Shown here piece after piece: positions 44,061 through 59,080 of a DNA stretch of 64,000 nucleotides. The stretch comes from Octopus vulgaris (Eukaryota): assembly GCA_951406725.2 (NCBI GenBank), contig OX597821.1, positions 9,734,001 to 9,798,000 of the forward strand. The letters are read 5' to 3'. Under the pieces are notes generated by a model. The model ran no database searches. It saw only the letters and a program-made list of their open reading frames with translations, and was not told the DNA's origin. The stretch's first letter is position 1, and every line of letters begins with the position of its first letter. Both the position numbers and the translations under genes were made by a program.

Positions 44061-44419
44061 AATTTTACAGAAATATAGCATTTTCGCATACAGGCTCATG
44101 TTTAGACATGCGAATATATGCATGAAAAGCTCATACAAATCTAGACATTCATTCACTTCAAATACGGCATACATATACACATACATGGTGATGCTATTTG
44201 AAATTCCAATGAACTACCCTTACATCTCAGTAAGAAACCCATACTTTCTCTATTGGCCATAAATTATAAGAATCAGACTGAGTAACATGCACGCTTGTAT
44301 ACATGCATATATACATAAATACATACATATATACATAATTAAATACATGCATACATACACACATATAGACATATAGACATAGTTATGTACATAAATACAT
44401 GCATGCATTCATACATAAA

Positions 44420-44480
<61 letters not shown>

Positions 44481-45828
44481 ACAAGCAGGAAATATCGTGT
44501 ACTGACTACGGCTGCAGCGAGCATAACTTTCGCATATCAGGTTAAAGTGAGTTCATGTAAACGTTTATAAGTTTCCTTTGGATAGTGCTGGGATATTGTA
44601 TGAGGGATGTTGTCGGAGCAGTTTTCGACAGATCCCAACCGAAGTTTAATTTCTTAAAACTTAGGTTGGTGATACGATTAGACCTGTGCTGTCAGTGAAC
44701 CGATATTTGTGAAATAGACCTCACCAAATGATACATCGGAAAAGGATGGCGATGTGACAGAATTGTTATGGTGTTAGAACGTACTCCATTTTTTTTTCTT
44801 TTCTATCCATGTGTTCAAATTTGCCTTCAATCAGCTGGGGCGGGGGGGTGCAATAATTTTTTTTTTTTCTGTTTCATCGTTCTCCAGCACTTTTCGTTCT
44901 TTGTGTCCCCCTATAACTTCCTTTTTATATATCAGTGTGAAGCAGAGGAGTGAATATGTTTGCAAAGTAATGTGCACTATTCAGTGCCATTAATTACCTC
45001 ACCCACTCATATTGCACACAACATGTGTTGCAGAAGGAATACTTGTTTATTGTTATAGTTATTATTATTTATTTTGTAAAGAAATTGAGTTGCAAATAGC
45101 TGCGAATATAATGATATAATGAAAGCAGGGACAAAATGTTTCAGATATAAAGTTGACGCTAAAGAAAATGCTCTCTGCGATCAAATATACCCGAGCAAAA
45201 TGTATTACTTAATTCTGTTAAAGACAGTAGACACTGAGTGAGTGGAGATGAGGCTGTTATTTCTAGGAGATCAAGGTTTCGCATAAGGACTATTTGTTCT
45301 TATGACTATTTCATTCAGGAGTGTTGATTCTTTACGGAATACTTTGCCAAATCGGTCATTTCATACTTCAGATGATGAGATACAATTTAAAGTCAAACGT
45401 TTGTTATCTGCTTTTTCTGGCATGGTGCAGTAGAGATATACTGCCATGATGCATGATGCAAGTAGAGTTTAAACGCCATATTGCACCATGCTCATCAGTA
45501 TCGGAATGACTAAGAGAAACAGAATCTGGCGATTTGATGAAGCTGGTTAAATCAAATACCGTCTACAGAAATGTACTTGAAGGAGATGATTCCACCTTCT
45601 ATTATTGTCGTAATGCATGTTTTACGAATTTTATAGTATAAATAGGGTTTATTGGTTATCAAGATCTGCAAGAAATATTTGCCTTTTGGCAATCAAGTCC
45701 GAGGAGATTGACGACTTAGAGTATAACAGAAAAACGGACACACGCACACACAAACATACGCACAAACTTACACACGCACAAACACACATACACACAATTA
45801 CACACGCACAGACACACTCACTCACACA

Positions 45829-45911
<83 letters not shown>

Positions 45912-46146
45912 GCATACAATATTATAGACAGGCACAAAAGAGATACAGATAATGTATTCTGAAACAATATAAAGGGAAGTACTCCAATAGCAATAAAGGA
46001 CGCAAAACGCTAACTTTAGTTGGTCACAAAAAATTGTAAAAATATATGCATTAAAATTTAATGCTCTGAGACATATAAATATGCATATGTAAACGAGGTT
46101 TTTGTTTGTAAATGTATATGTATGTATGTATCTATCTATCTACCTG

Positions 46147-46299
<153 letters not shown>

Positions 46300-46355
46300 T
46301 TATCTATCTATCTATGTGTATATACATGTATATGTATATATGTATATATATATAT

Positions 46356-46411
<56 letters not shown>

Positions 46412-46425
46412 ATGTATGTGTATAT

Positions 46426-46490
<65 letters not shown>

Positions 46491-47746
46491 GCCATTATAT
46501 GTTTCATGAATGTAATTATGCATGTATGTATCCTGATAATAAAATATAAGCGTTTCAACTTAAAAGAAAGATCAATATGTGCATTATCTTATGTTAGCAA
46601 TCTGAAATATCTGCACTACGTTATTCAATATAAGTTTATTTAATGATACATACAATTTATTTTTTACTTAAGTATTAAATCGCATTACATCTTTCCTACA
46701 ATGTCAATGCATTACTCTATTAAAGGATGCTTCTGCTAAGTTACGATATAATGCTGATGAATTATAAGATTCTCGACAAGTAAGTATATATTGTATAGAT
46801 AATCGTATTCATGTTTTAAATGGAGCGCTTTATTCGATAAAATATACGACAGAGCAAACTTCTTTGTCCCTAATGTGATGCAACGTATTGGCGCGCTTTA
46901 AGTGTTTACTCCTTCACCAACTGGTAGTATCTCTTTGTTGAAGTCCAATCTATGCAGGCTTATGCTAATAAAACACTCCGTATGAAAAGTAATTTGTGAA
47001 GCAGTATTGTTGCATTGAAGTTCCCCTTTTTCTCACTCAAAGCTTCCAGGCAAATCAATGAAATGTTAAACGTTCTTCCAAATTCTTTGACTGACACACG
47101 ATGAAAAAATGTGCTGGGCATTGCGAAATGAAGACATTCCCCACCTAAAGAAGTTCTCAAAATGTTATTTTATAATTGTTACTGCTTCACAAATTAAAGT
47201 AGCTGTATCCAAATCGAAAATAAATTCTAATATAGATACGAATGAACTACAGACAGACAGACAGATCGACAAAAACAAACACATTTCTCGAAAACAGAAT
47301 CACAAGGCCACTTTAAAAATTAAAAGGGAGCCATGATGGATATAGCGACACCACATGAAAAAATATATCAGAAATAGTGAGAGAAAGGATTGATTTGTTT
47401 ATAGATCTATTCAAGTTAATCTAAATGTTATTAGAGAAGAGTTGATCTAAGTGCATGTTCCCACTTGTATGCAGGCATGCAAATATGTATGCATGCATAT
47501 ATAAAAATATGTGTATACGTACATACCTTCACACATACATACATAAATAGGTATAGCGAAAAAGAATCGGGAGGGGTCACTCTCATATACTCCAGATCTG
47601 ATGAACCAGATTCAAAGATAGAGTACATAAAAAATTGATTTAAAAAAATAATTAAACTGTAATTCACCTGATCGGTAAATCCTGAGATCGCCTTACCAGA
47701 TTTCATATAGCCTATAGAGAATATAATTAAGATCTCACCGAGAAGC

Positions 47747-47863
<117 letters not shown>

Positions 47864-48448
47864 TACATACACAAACATATGTATAGATACATATATACAT
47901 ACTTATATATGTGTCTATATATGTGTATGTATGTATATATGTATGTATATCCACCATTTTTTAAAATTCGCATCACATGCGTGTTTTTGCGGGACAAATG
48001 TCCCAGTGCCTTTTAAATGCAGCAGTTATGGTAATTTACTTGTTCACTTGCAGTACATATTCATTGAAGATAGACATTACAATGGAACATTGTCGAATAT
48101 GTATACCCGTGCGTTTAGGTGAAGTGATCTAAGGATTCAACTTTCAGATAAAGTATGTTTTAGGAGAAATTCCATATGAAAAGAAAAACTGTTGATGCAA
48201 ATCTCGAGTAAAACCTGTATAAATTGGATATCTTCTTACTATTAGTATAATGCATTACTCAGATTATATCAAGTCCAGAAATTGTATAGGATTACCCGGA
48301 ATGTGTATTATATCATGTATGACTATCTAAGTAAGTATTTGATAATAAGACTTAGATATAACAAAAATACTTATATGTACCACCTTTGCATGTGTTGCGT
48401 ATTCTAGGTTCTTTAGTTTATTTGATGCTCAATATTCTTTTCTACTCA

Positions 48449-48560
48449 CGGCACAAGGCCAGTCGATTAGAGCGACCCCAGTACGTAACTGCTACTTAAT
48501 CTATCGACCCCGAAAGGAAAAAAGGCAAAGACGACCTCGGGGGATTCGAACTGAGAGCGA
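48449..48560 (-). mobile_element. SINE family C fragment
   Basis: Reverse complement reads GTTCGAATCCCC-CGAGGTCGTCTTTGCCTTTT..CCTTTCGGGGTCGATAGATTAAGTAGCAGTTACGTACTGGGGTCG (B box plus conserved central domain); other copies at 51955-52170 (-) and 60545-60700 (+). Confidence 0.7.
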
Positions 48561-49889
48561 TTTGTTGCTCAATATTAGAATGATGCAGTTGTGGCGATAC
48601 GAAGATTTACATTTGTTTCTTTTGGGCATTTGTCTAGCTTATTCTTTATTATCGCCCAGGCTTGTCGTTACATACATATTTTTTTACAATAAATGACATT
48701 GCCCAGTTAATCCTATGCTGAAAGATACCTTGGTATGCTGTTTCCAACGAAACACATTGTATGTGTCTGTGCTGCTCTCCATTCACTTTAAAACGGCATG
48801 CGTGTCAATTTATTTTGCATGTTCAATTTTGACCATGATTATAGTAAATATGACCTATGTAACTGGCTTTTCAATTCTAAGTTTGAAATACGTCTTTCAT
48901 TTCGTACCGTGATTAGGAACCGTATTTTAACAGACAGTGATTCTGCAGAAATTAAATATAAAATGATAGGTACATTAATAACCATGTGTCTTCTAACGAA
49001 TGTTATAGATGGAAACCGAAATACAAAACTATCATTTTGGGTGACATCTAGTCAATCAATTAGTTTATCGCTTTTATATATTATATTCATGCTTTGTACA
49101 CGAAATCTGAAGATTACACTCGGATAACCAGTGTATCAGCAGTTCTCGTTTATAAAGATCCTGATATTTACATTAAATGAACGGATGTAAAACATCTTTT
49201 GGTTTTCCTCTCTTAATACTCTGTCAAAACATCATTTTGTTTGCTGCTTTCTTCTAGAAACTCTTTCGTAATAATCCTCAATCATCTCTACGAAATTAAC
49301 GACGTTTATTATTGTTCCTTTAATACAACGTGTTTTTAAATTATTCTAATCTATACATGAAAGCTAAACGTATACACGAAGAAGCACTCGTTCGATAACA
49401 ATAACAAATCAATAATTCAGTCATCATGCTTATTTTCCTTCGCGTACCACTATGGGTTTCTCTTCTACAATCATAATAGAGATAAAACTACAAAGGTAAT
49501 ATATTTGGAAATATAGTTTTAAAACATGACTTATCAGCAAATCCACAGTCATGTACTACTGTTAATTGTGCATTAGTGCAAACTTCTGTAGTAAATTAAT
49601 GTGGTTCGTTTACTGATATAAAATAAATCGCACACTTAATCTAAGTGAATGTTCTGAACAGAGACTTTCAAACCTTTTGAAATACTGCTCACATATAATT
49701 CATATGAGGAATTAGTACTTTGAGCAAATTTGTACGGCAATATATGAAACAGGAATAAACTTCATAAGCGGTATATGAAACACTGTATCGTTTTACAAAT
49801 GCTAAAAACGGAATTAAATCCCATGAAGATGCGGTTTTATTTTCAAATTTATCACAGCATAGTATGTGTGTGTGAGAGTGTGAGTGTTA

Positions 49890-49921
<32 letters not shown>

Positions 49922-52594
49922 GTGTGTGTGTGTACCAACATGCATTGTTCTAAATATGATATGCCTCCATCTTGCCGAATATCATACTACGCCTGAGATT
50001 TCATCAGCCGAATTTGACCTGCGTGCACAGAGCGAAGCTGAAGACATATTTATGGCTATAATGCCAATCTTAATCGAAACATCCTAATTCGTTGACCACG
50101 ATTAAACTCTGCCTGACCAAATCTATAATGAGATACATGCCATTAATCTTTGGGTAGTATGTCTTACGAAATCATATTAGTTCGCATCATTCCCTTTCCT
50201 TACCTTTTAATCTTCGATTAAATGTTTATTTCAACATTGGGAAATAATTGTCTAAATTCTCCTGTAAATTCTTGTTGTGTTTACATATGCCAGGATCAAC
50301 AAAGTCTCACTGAGTAAATAACTTCTGTTCTTGCTCTACGCAAGTTTTATGATATGCACGCTAGAGCAGTGCTTGTGGCTATTGAAACTTCAACTATTTT
50401 TGTGTCGCTTACATATTATCCCATTCATATTGTTAGAATTTACAAAACAATGAACATTTTCTTATTGTTTTTAATTGCTTTCTATGTCACCGAATCCATC
50501 GCAATATAATTTGCGAACCCATTTTATTTACTAAATTATAAAAAGAAGAGAAATAAAATGTCAGTCAATAATCCAAGCAGTGTAGGCTCTCCGGAGTCAA
50601 GGCCTGTGAAAACATCAAAAATAATATCACATCGGAGGAAACTGTATGGACCTGAAAACATCGTGTTGCCACATAACTGTTCATTAGATTATGTAATAGA
50701 CTGTGCGGAATCGCTGCATTTTATCCTTAAAGAACCAAAAATAGTGACCGTGACAGTCAAAGGAAACAAATTGTGACTTGCAAAATTTATGCCAAAGAAT
50801 TCCTTGTGTGAATTTTTATTATAGAATCCAGCATAGTCACTTGGAGTCTCAATTTAAGTTGTTTCATGAATGGTTTGCCAACGATAAAAAAATGAATTAA
50901 GAATGTTTCAATCATGTATTTCTTCTCATTTTTGTTCCACTTAATAAAATGTAATTTGTAACATCCAAATAAAAAATAACGCATTTCAAAAAAATATTGT
51001 GTTATTGAAAAATGTGAATTCTAAATTGTAAATATATTGATTTATACTCTCATTAAAACTGTTTGCTACTAAGTTTCGATAGAATAGTATGGAATGTATT
51101 CGTCCATAGTTTTCAAAAAATGATAAAAGAAAGTATAATGCCTGTTTAAAATAAATTGAAAAGAGTATGGAAATTATTGTGAGTATTTCTGAATCACGAG
51201 ACTGGTTTATGTAACATTGACAGAAATTTCGATGAAATTCGCTGCATTCATATACATTTCAAAGCAGATTATATGCACAGAACTGTTGTCTGAAACCAGG
51301 TAACTGGCAGACATCAGTGAAAACGGAATACATTTTATTAAATATTCTTCATATAACTTTCCACAGAGGCATCAGATATGAAAAGATATAAAATATAAAA
51401 TAAAAATATCACCGACCTATGAAAACTAATTTGTCGCATGTCATCCGTTTATAGTTGCATTATCCATAATACGTTCGAGAAGCGAACGAAGGCTAAAATA
51501 TTAAACTGTCGCATATAACAATGACTCGCTGCTATTATAAATAATATATAAATGTTTGTTCCATACACATAAAACAAAAAATTCCACCTATATTCAAAAA
51601 GTATATTTCTCAACGGGACCAACTATGGCCTAAACTGGCATTTCAAATATCCAATACAGTATATGAATACAAACAATGTAATAATGTAATGAAAGAATGC
51701 GTTTAATACAAACTTACTTTTCATGAAAGAAAGAAAAATATAGCACATATAGTAATGAAAACTCAGTATTATTTATCCTCTTAACGTATTATTGCAATTG
51801 TTGAAATTGCTATAACATACATTGTTTTCATTTTCATATTACGCAAGCCAGTATTTAGTGAATGTTTTCTTGCAAAAGTGCCTGTGGTTTATTTCATTTC
51901 TGTTATAACCGGTAAAAAAACAAACACTTGGTGACTATATATATTCGTTTCAAATTTAGTCAGAAGGCCAGTAATTTTGAGGGAGGGGTTAAGTTGATTA
52001 TATCAGCCCCAGTGTTCAACTTGTAATCATTTTACTGATCGCTAAAGGATGTAAGGAAAAATTGACTACTACAGAATTGGATCACAGAACGAAAAGACGG
52101 CCGTAATATCACTTAACTTTTCAATCGGCGTGGTAATGTTCCTACCAGTTCACCGTACAACCTTAGTGATGTATATTGATCACAATCATCAATTTCGTAT
52201 ACACCAATTTTCTGCCAGATCAAATAGTCTATATGGTTTACTTCGTAATTGTATCCGAGAGAGCATAATTGTGTTTACGAGCACTGAAGCTATGAGCATT
52301 CATATTGCTCATGCTTAGCGTAACTTGGGTAATATGTTATGTTTATATTACTTAAACTGAGACTTTCCACTCCTATTTCTGGTTGGACACACTTCTTCAG
52401 CGGTTCTTGAACGTTATGACTATTAAACAAGATATTAAGACGCAATATTTATACTTATTATTCTTATTTGGAATGCCCTTTACGTTGACATTGCTTAACA
52501 TATGGCACAATTATAGAGTTATAGAAATGAATGGCACAATTATAGAGTTAAGAAGATAGAAGTGTTATTATTATTAGTTTAGTTTTTAATATGA

Positions 52595-52760
52595 ATATTT
52601 GATATATCGCTATGCGTATTTCCACAAATCACATGATTTTAACATCAGAGTCGGTATCCTTGGCATTAGAACAGTATAATCTGTTCTTATCACAAGGATA
52701 CCGACTATGATGTTAAAATCATGAGTTTTATGGAAACTCTCGTAGCTATGTATTAAATAT
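52595..52760. repeat. About 165-bp foldback palindrome (MITE-like)
   Basis: CATGATTTTAACATCAGAGTCGGTATCCTTG ... CAAGGATACCGACTATGATGTTAAAATCATG, with an inner AGAACAG/CTGTTCT stem. Confidence 0.8.
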
Positions 52761-52947
52761 ATATAAATAACATCCTAGAATCATTGTTGTTATATTCATC
52801 CTACAATAAATCGGTATACTCACGATCCAATCCAGAAAGACCGTCTTCTAATCAGTATGATACTGATTAGACGGTAGCCGGTATAATTAGATAAGAGCTT
52901 TATTTGCATACCCTGAACGTTAACATAAACGAATTTAAAAGATATGA

Positions 52948-53056
<109 letters not shown>

Positions 53057-53133
53057 TGTGAGTGTGTGTGTGTGTGTGTTGTGTGTGTATGTGCGTGTGC
53101 GCGAGTACTTTTGTTTGTGTTTGTATGTATGTA

Positions 53134-53184
<51 letters not shown>

Positions 53185-54145
53185 CAACAGCATTTTTTCC
53201 AAACATACGAAAGCACTAACAGAAATCCATGCTGGTTGATAAACTCAACTAGCTGTATATGAAGTCTACAGGACACAATAAAAGCGATATTTGTGAAAAA
53301 GCGAACAGGAATTTCCATGGCTATCATTTGGAAACTTACCATCTTGTAGCTCCTGATACAAGAGCTGCATCATAGTGTAGCACATTTGAAAAACGAACGT
53401 TGAGTATATATTGTAATAGACTTTGAAATTGGAAAGGGGGTACTTTGCATTCATCATTATCTGCTGTAATTAATAACATTTGATGCTAGATTATTTAACT
53501 TGTATTCAAAACCTGTGCGGCAACAATGTAATTTTAACATTGTTTCAGATAATGGTGAACGGATGTTTTTCTTTTTAAATTGTTTTGTTTTACAATATTC
53601 ACAAACGTTTGAAGTTATTCTTCATTACGTCTGAATTCATTGTTCTTTCTTTCCATTCACTGTAATTTGAAAGAATTAAGTACTTACTAATGTATATGAA
53701 AATGTATGCAAATACAATAGTGTATACAGATAAATAAAAACATCTTTATCTACACTCAGTCACATAAACTTTCACATAAAATTATACGCAATTTATACAC
53801 AAGGAGCGTCTATAAAATTATATGCATAGCATTTATCTACGTGGTTGTGAGATAACTTAATATATATTCCCGAAGATGATACTTAGAAATTCAAATTACA
53901 TGCATTTATACTATTTTGAAATGTAAATTATATACGCATATGTATTTCAGTTTCAATATATAAATACCTTAACTTTTCTACGAATATTGACTCTGAATGC
54001 ATTCTCATAAATATTAGTTAAAAGCAGCAAATTGGGTGTTACTGTAAAATAAACATCACATAAAACATCATTTTAGGTTTATTCTTCTAACTGGTGGAGG
54101 ATTATATTTTTATCAATTGACATTTTTATATTTCTGGTTCTATAT

Positions 54146-54700
54146 GTGATTGAATTTCAAAGTTGCCGTATTGTAGGTATTGTAGTCAATGTAAAATCGC
54201 AAGAAGCCTTGGGATTTCGCTTCCTATCGTTTAATAGAGTGATTGTACAATTCATCAAGGAGGGGAAGAAGTCCACATTACCCCGCCCAGATCAACTAGG
54301 GACATCTGACAGGACCCTTCTCTTTGCTAATACAAGTGTGGAGGATAATCCTCATTGCAAGGCCTCAGACATAGGAGAACAAATTGATGTCAGTCCCAGA
54401 AACTTGGTTACCATTTGCAGAGCAGCAAGAAGAAAGGCACTTCTTAGACCAGCCAACATGAAGCGGTGAAAAAATTGATCCAGTGAGACGGTGGAGCGGG
54501 TACTACTAATATGGGACACTGTCATATTCTCTGATGTGTCCAGATTTGCTGTATTTCCTGACAGTGAGCGAAAGTGGGTCTGTAGAATCTGTGATAAAGA
54601 CGTTAATGTGAAAAGATTCCAGGCTACAATAAAACATAGCAGCTATTCTGTGATGGCGAGTATGCATTGTATTAGTGGTTCTGTTCCTCAGCTAAGCTAG
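54146..54700 (+). mobile_element. Tc1-family transposase remnant
   Basis: RAARRKALL, WDTVIFSDVSRF (canonical W..V.FSDES.F) and ATIKH...SVM. Confidence 0.8.
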
Positions 54701-55807
54701 TTCATATTTCATCACGCAAGTTAACTTTGTCATTTCTTCATTCAGATAAAACGGATGTATACTAGTTTAGGACGTAATTATAATAATAAGTTCCAGTTAA
54801 TAATCTAAGGACCCTCTTTAAAATAGTATTGAATGATTCTGTTTCCAGTTCCCTATCTATTACGTCTAAACGAATGAAAGTCTTACTAACATTCTTTTGT
54901 CATTCGTTGATATTATTAATATTATCTACTATAATATGTTTCGAAAAATCACATAAATTAAGACAAATAGTACGGTTTCATGTTTATTATAACAATCTGT
55001 GGTTAACAAAAACCATGGGATTTTCGTCTGCCGAACCTCATAAAATCACGGAGCAATTGCACTCATATAAATTAGTTTTTATGCAAAACTGTTGCCTTGT
55101 TTATTTCATGACTAATGTGATATTGTTTTATAAGTATAGACATTCAAACATCGTTACAAATAAATAAGAATAAATATACATACTCACATAAAAACAAACA
55201 CACACTTATATATACTTCATGTTCTGAGTTCAAATTTAATTCAACATCATATTCAGAAAGAAAACTTTAAGACATATAATGTTGAATCGTCCAAATTTAA
55301 GACGGAACGATTCTTCCGGTTTTGTAATATCTGTCATGGCAATGTAAAAACAAAGGTATTTACACGGTTACAAACTCCCACCTTTTGTTTCCAGAACTAG
55401 ACGTACTCTAAAGTTGATAAACTCCAAGTTCGATAACCGCAAAACATACAAACTCATATTTTCAGACATGGAATCTGTTACAAATTATTTGTTCGTTTTT
55501 AATAGTGGTCAAAACTATCAAATTGTGTAAGCTATATGGATCAATGTTCATACAAATGCGTAACAAAAATATAATCATTGTCGCCATTAGCTGCATGGAC
55601 ATTATACGAAAACGTCCTTGCATTTTTATTAAACTAAGCATGTTTACCTCTCCAATCGACAAACAAAAATTGCCATTAAATATACCTCAAAAAGGACACA
55701 ATGAATGCTAAAGTATCCACTAGTCAGCATGGACAGCAATGAGGTTAGGGACACATAAAGCCATAGCAAGGATAAGGATGAGCTAAACACCATCAGTTAT
55801 ATCAAAC

Positions 55808-56202
55808 AGGTGCAGGAGTGGCTGTGCGGTAAGTAGCTTGCTAACCAACCACATGCTTCCGAGTTCAGTCCCACCGCGTGGCATCTTGGGCAAGTGTCTT
55901 CTGCTATAGCCCCGGGCCGACCAATGCCTTGTGAGTGGATTTGGTAGACGGAAACTGAAAGAATCCCGTCGTATATATCTATATATATGTATGTGTTTGT
56001 GTGTCTGTGTTTGTCTCCCTAGCATTGCTTGACAACCGATGCTGGTATGTTTACGTCCCCGTCACTTAGCGGTTCGGCAAAAAAGACCGATAGAATAAGT
56101 ACTGGGCTTACAAAGAATAAGTCCCGGGGTCGATTTGCTCGACTAAAGGCGGTGCTCCTGCATGGCCGCAGTCAAATGACTGAAACAAGTAAAAGAATAA
56201 AG
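55808..56202 (+). mobile_element. Full-length tRNA-derived SINE family A
   Basis: A-box-like TGGCTGTGCGG, B-box-like GAGTTCAGTCC, internal TA/TG microsatellite, tail TAAAGGCGGTGCTCC.GCATGGCCGCAGTC..TGACTGAAACAAGTAAAAG; at least five other copies in the window. Confidence 0.88.
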
Positions 56203-56947
56203 AGTTTACCGTATATTATATAAGCGATGCGACCAACGAATCTACTCCTGGTGGTAAGAAATGATATTCAAATAATGAAGAAATAGAAGCCCCGTAAAGC
56301 GACTGAATTTCTCAGCTGGAATGCCACTTAGTCAAAGACATGCTCGATTCTTTACTTTTAAGCAACTTCGTCAGTAGATGAGGTGTACCGTAGGGTCTTT
56401 GTATGTTGGGTTCAAATCCCTTCCTAGACAAATTTATGTCGGCCATCTGTGTTTTGTAAAATTAATTTTCAGTCATGCGCTCGTGTCTTTGACATCGAAA
56501 AATGGTCTTCTGCGGATATATTAGGAAATGCAAATCAGTGTCTCAGTCGAATTACTCGCATTTTGGTTCAATGAACTGTTTTACGCATAGTGTTTATAGT
56601 CATATTAAGTATGTTTAAGTTGAGAGGAAACGAGCTAATTTATAACTTACCACCAGTTGAGTTTGGTTTTAGTCTGAGAATATTTTTCTATACTATATGG
56701 GTGGCTATTCGGATATGTATTGGTCATTTTATAACTGGACCCATTAAAAGAAGCAGTTTTATGTCACGTTACACAGCCCAGCACTTCTTTTCAGAAATGT
56801 TAAGTTGACAATTACATGTGCGAGTGAAAGTTTTATGCAGATTTCCTTAGTATGTATGTATGTATGTATGTATTTATGTATGTATGTATGTATGTATGTA
56901 TGTATTTATATATGCCTGTATGTATTATGTATGGATGTATCTATCTA

Positions 56948-57020
<73 letters not shown>

Positions 57021-57151
57021 TATATTAAATTAGAGATAAAACCACCATTAGGCAAATCATACAATGAAAAACTTAAGCCAATACATAAGATTAATTAATT
57101 TATATTATTTTAAATATATATCAAAATTATTAAAAAAGATAATGAGTATAA

Positions 57152-57214
57152 CACTACGATCGTTTCATGGCTGTCCAATTCGTAAAAATTCGAGTTACAG
57201 TCAATCTTCAGGTG
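57152..57214 (-). ncRNA. Type I hammerhead ribozyme motif with canonical CUGAAGA core
   Basis: cac CTGAAGA T TGACTGT...ACAGCCA T GAA ACGATCGT A gtg; 8-nt palindromic stem III, GUA site. Confidence 0.75.
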
Positions 57215-57365
57215 ATTGAAATATCTATCTTAGCGAGGTTTAACAATATTTAGTAGCAACAGAAAAGAGGAATTTCAATTATCCCCACGTCGTGAGTTGT
57301 AATGTATATAAGAAATTAAAAAAAGGAAAATAGGTACACTTACATAATTTTAACGTAATTTTTAA

Positions 57366-57402
57366 TATATCGACCGGTTTCGCTATCGCTATTCATGATA
57401 TA
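57366..57402 (-). ncRNA. Minimal type I hammerhead with A3-U8 core
   Basis: tatatc ATGAATA GC gata GC GAA ACCGGT C gatata; 6-bp stem I, GUC site. Confidence 0.72.
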
Positions 57403-58114
57403 ATGTTTTACTTATTTGAACATGTATTTTTTTCTTAAGAAGAAATGTTGTCCATGTTTTGTGTGATGAAGATCAAGAGTGAATGACTTCACAAGTAGAA
57501 AAAAATAATAGTAGATATTGGTTATCGTTATTATTGTTATTGTTGTGGGTAAGGGAGATAGCTGTTCAACTTTCGGTAATGGGAGGAGAATATATATGTA
57601 CAAAGGCAAGTTTCGAAAACCTTGTTTAGTGAGGGGATTTATGTACAGTGATGTAAGCGTGAATTGAAATATGTAAAAAGATAAAAGTTGGTTATGCGTG
57701 CATTTTAAGACGTGTTCTGTATTTTTCAATGAAAAAAGTTTCTTTATTTGAACGTTCTAGTGGAGAGATTGCATTGGTAGAAGGGGATGACAGTGAAATT
57801 CGGTTTGATGTTATCTGCACATTTTTCAATATTTTCACTGAGAGGAATTTGTCTGTATTGCAAGAAACGGATATATATGTACACACATTTAGATATATGC
57901 ATAAGAACACGTGAGATTTTGTGCGAAGAAATATATATGTGTGTATATTCATTCCATGCGTGTGTGCGTGTTTTCATATATGTTTATAAAGGGGATATAG
58001 TCACCGATTGATAGTAATCAATATAACAAGATGAAAGTATTGAAGGCATCGTACAACACAACATTCGCCGCTGAGGAACGTTTGGAACTAGTAGTGAAAC
58101 AATATATATAATAA

Positions 58115-58458
58115 CTAGCAGTATCGCCCGGCGTTGCTCGGGTTTGTAAGGGAAATAACTATAAAGCATTTTTAGAGAGTTATAGCCAAAACATAGCAAA
58201 AAATGCATTCAAAATGGAAAAAAAATTATGGTAATTTTTTAAAAATCGTTGACTCATCGTAGACATTTTTAGAGAGTTACTTCCCTTATATTTAAAAAAA
58301 TATGCATTAAAATGGAAAAAATGATACCCAGAAGGGCTTGATATGAATCACGACTATAAGATACCCGGTTTTGGTTAAACTGCACCGCAAAATGTGGGAG
58401 TAGTTAGGAATCTAAATCGGTGTAGACAGACACACAACCTTTCTTTTATATATAAAGA
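58115..58458 (-). mobile_element. Complete short non-autonomous Helitron (344 bp)
   Basis: A|TCTTTATATATAAAAG 5' end; CCCGAGCAACGCCGGG hairpin (58127-58142), then CTAG|T 3' end; same family as 17967-18806. Confidence 0.88.
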
Positions 58459-59045
58459 TATACGTCGTTTCATGGTACATTCGCAGTTTTCAATTTTCTC
58501 TCACATTTATCCTTCTTATAGTTATTTGCTTATTCTATATTATTAGCGTGCTTAGCTTTTGAGTAGGGGCACCGCTTGTACAACTTTCGTTTATTAGCCT
58601 TTTCTTTTTCAAATGATGCAAATGCATTAACGGATAAGAATAATTCTTCTTTGTATATTTTGATTCTTCAATCTTATGTAGTTTCCTATGTTAATATTCC
58701 AAAATATTTTGACGAGCAGATGCCGTGACAAGTGATTTAGATTATCCTATTTTATATAATTTCTATATTATCGACGCAAGGAATATTTCAATTTAATACA
58801 GACAGACAAGAGAAGCAGCATTTTTGGATACGAAAATGTGTGCTTTTGATTTTACAGCGAAGGAAACTTAAATAAATAAATAATTTATTAAATGAATTGC
58901 ACTTCTGCTAAATGTATCACTGTTGTGAAAGTACACCTAAAAATATCAAAGTGACTCTGCAGTAGATAGCTAGATTGAAGAAAATAAAAAACAAATGAGA
59001 CCGCGTTGAAAAGCTACGTATTATATAGTATATATTAAAACAGCG

Positions 59046-59080
<35 letters not shown>

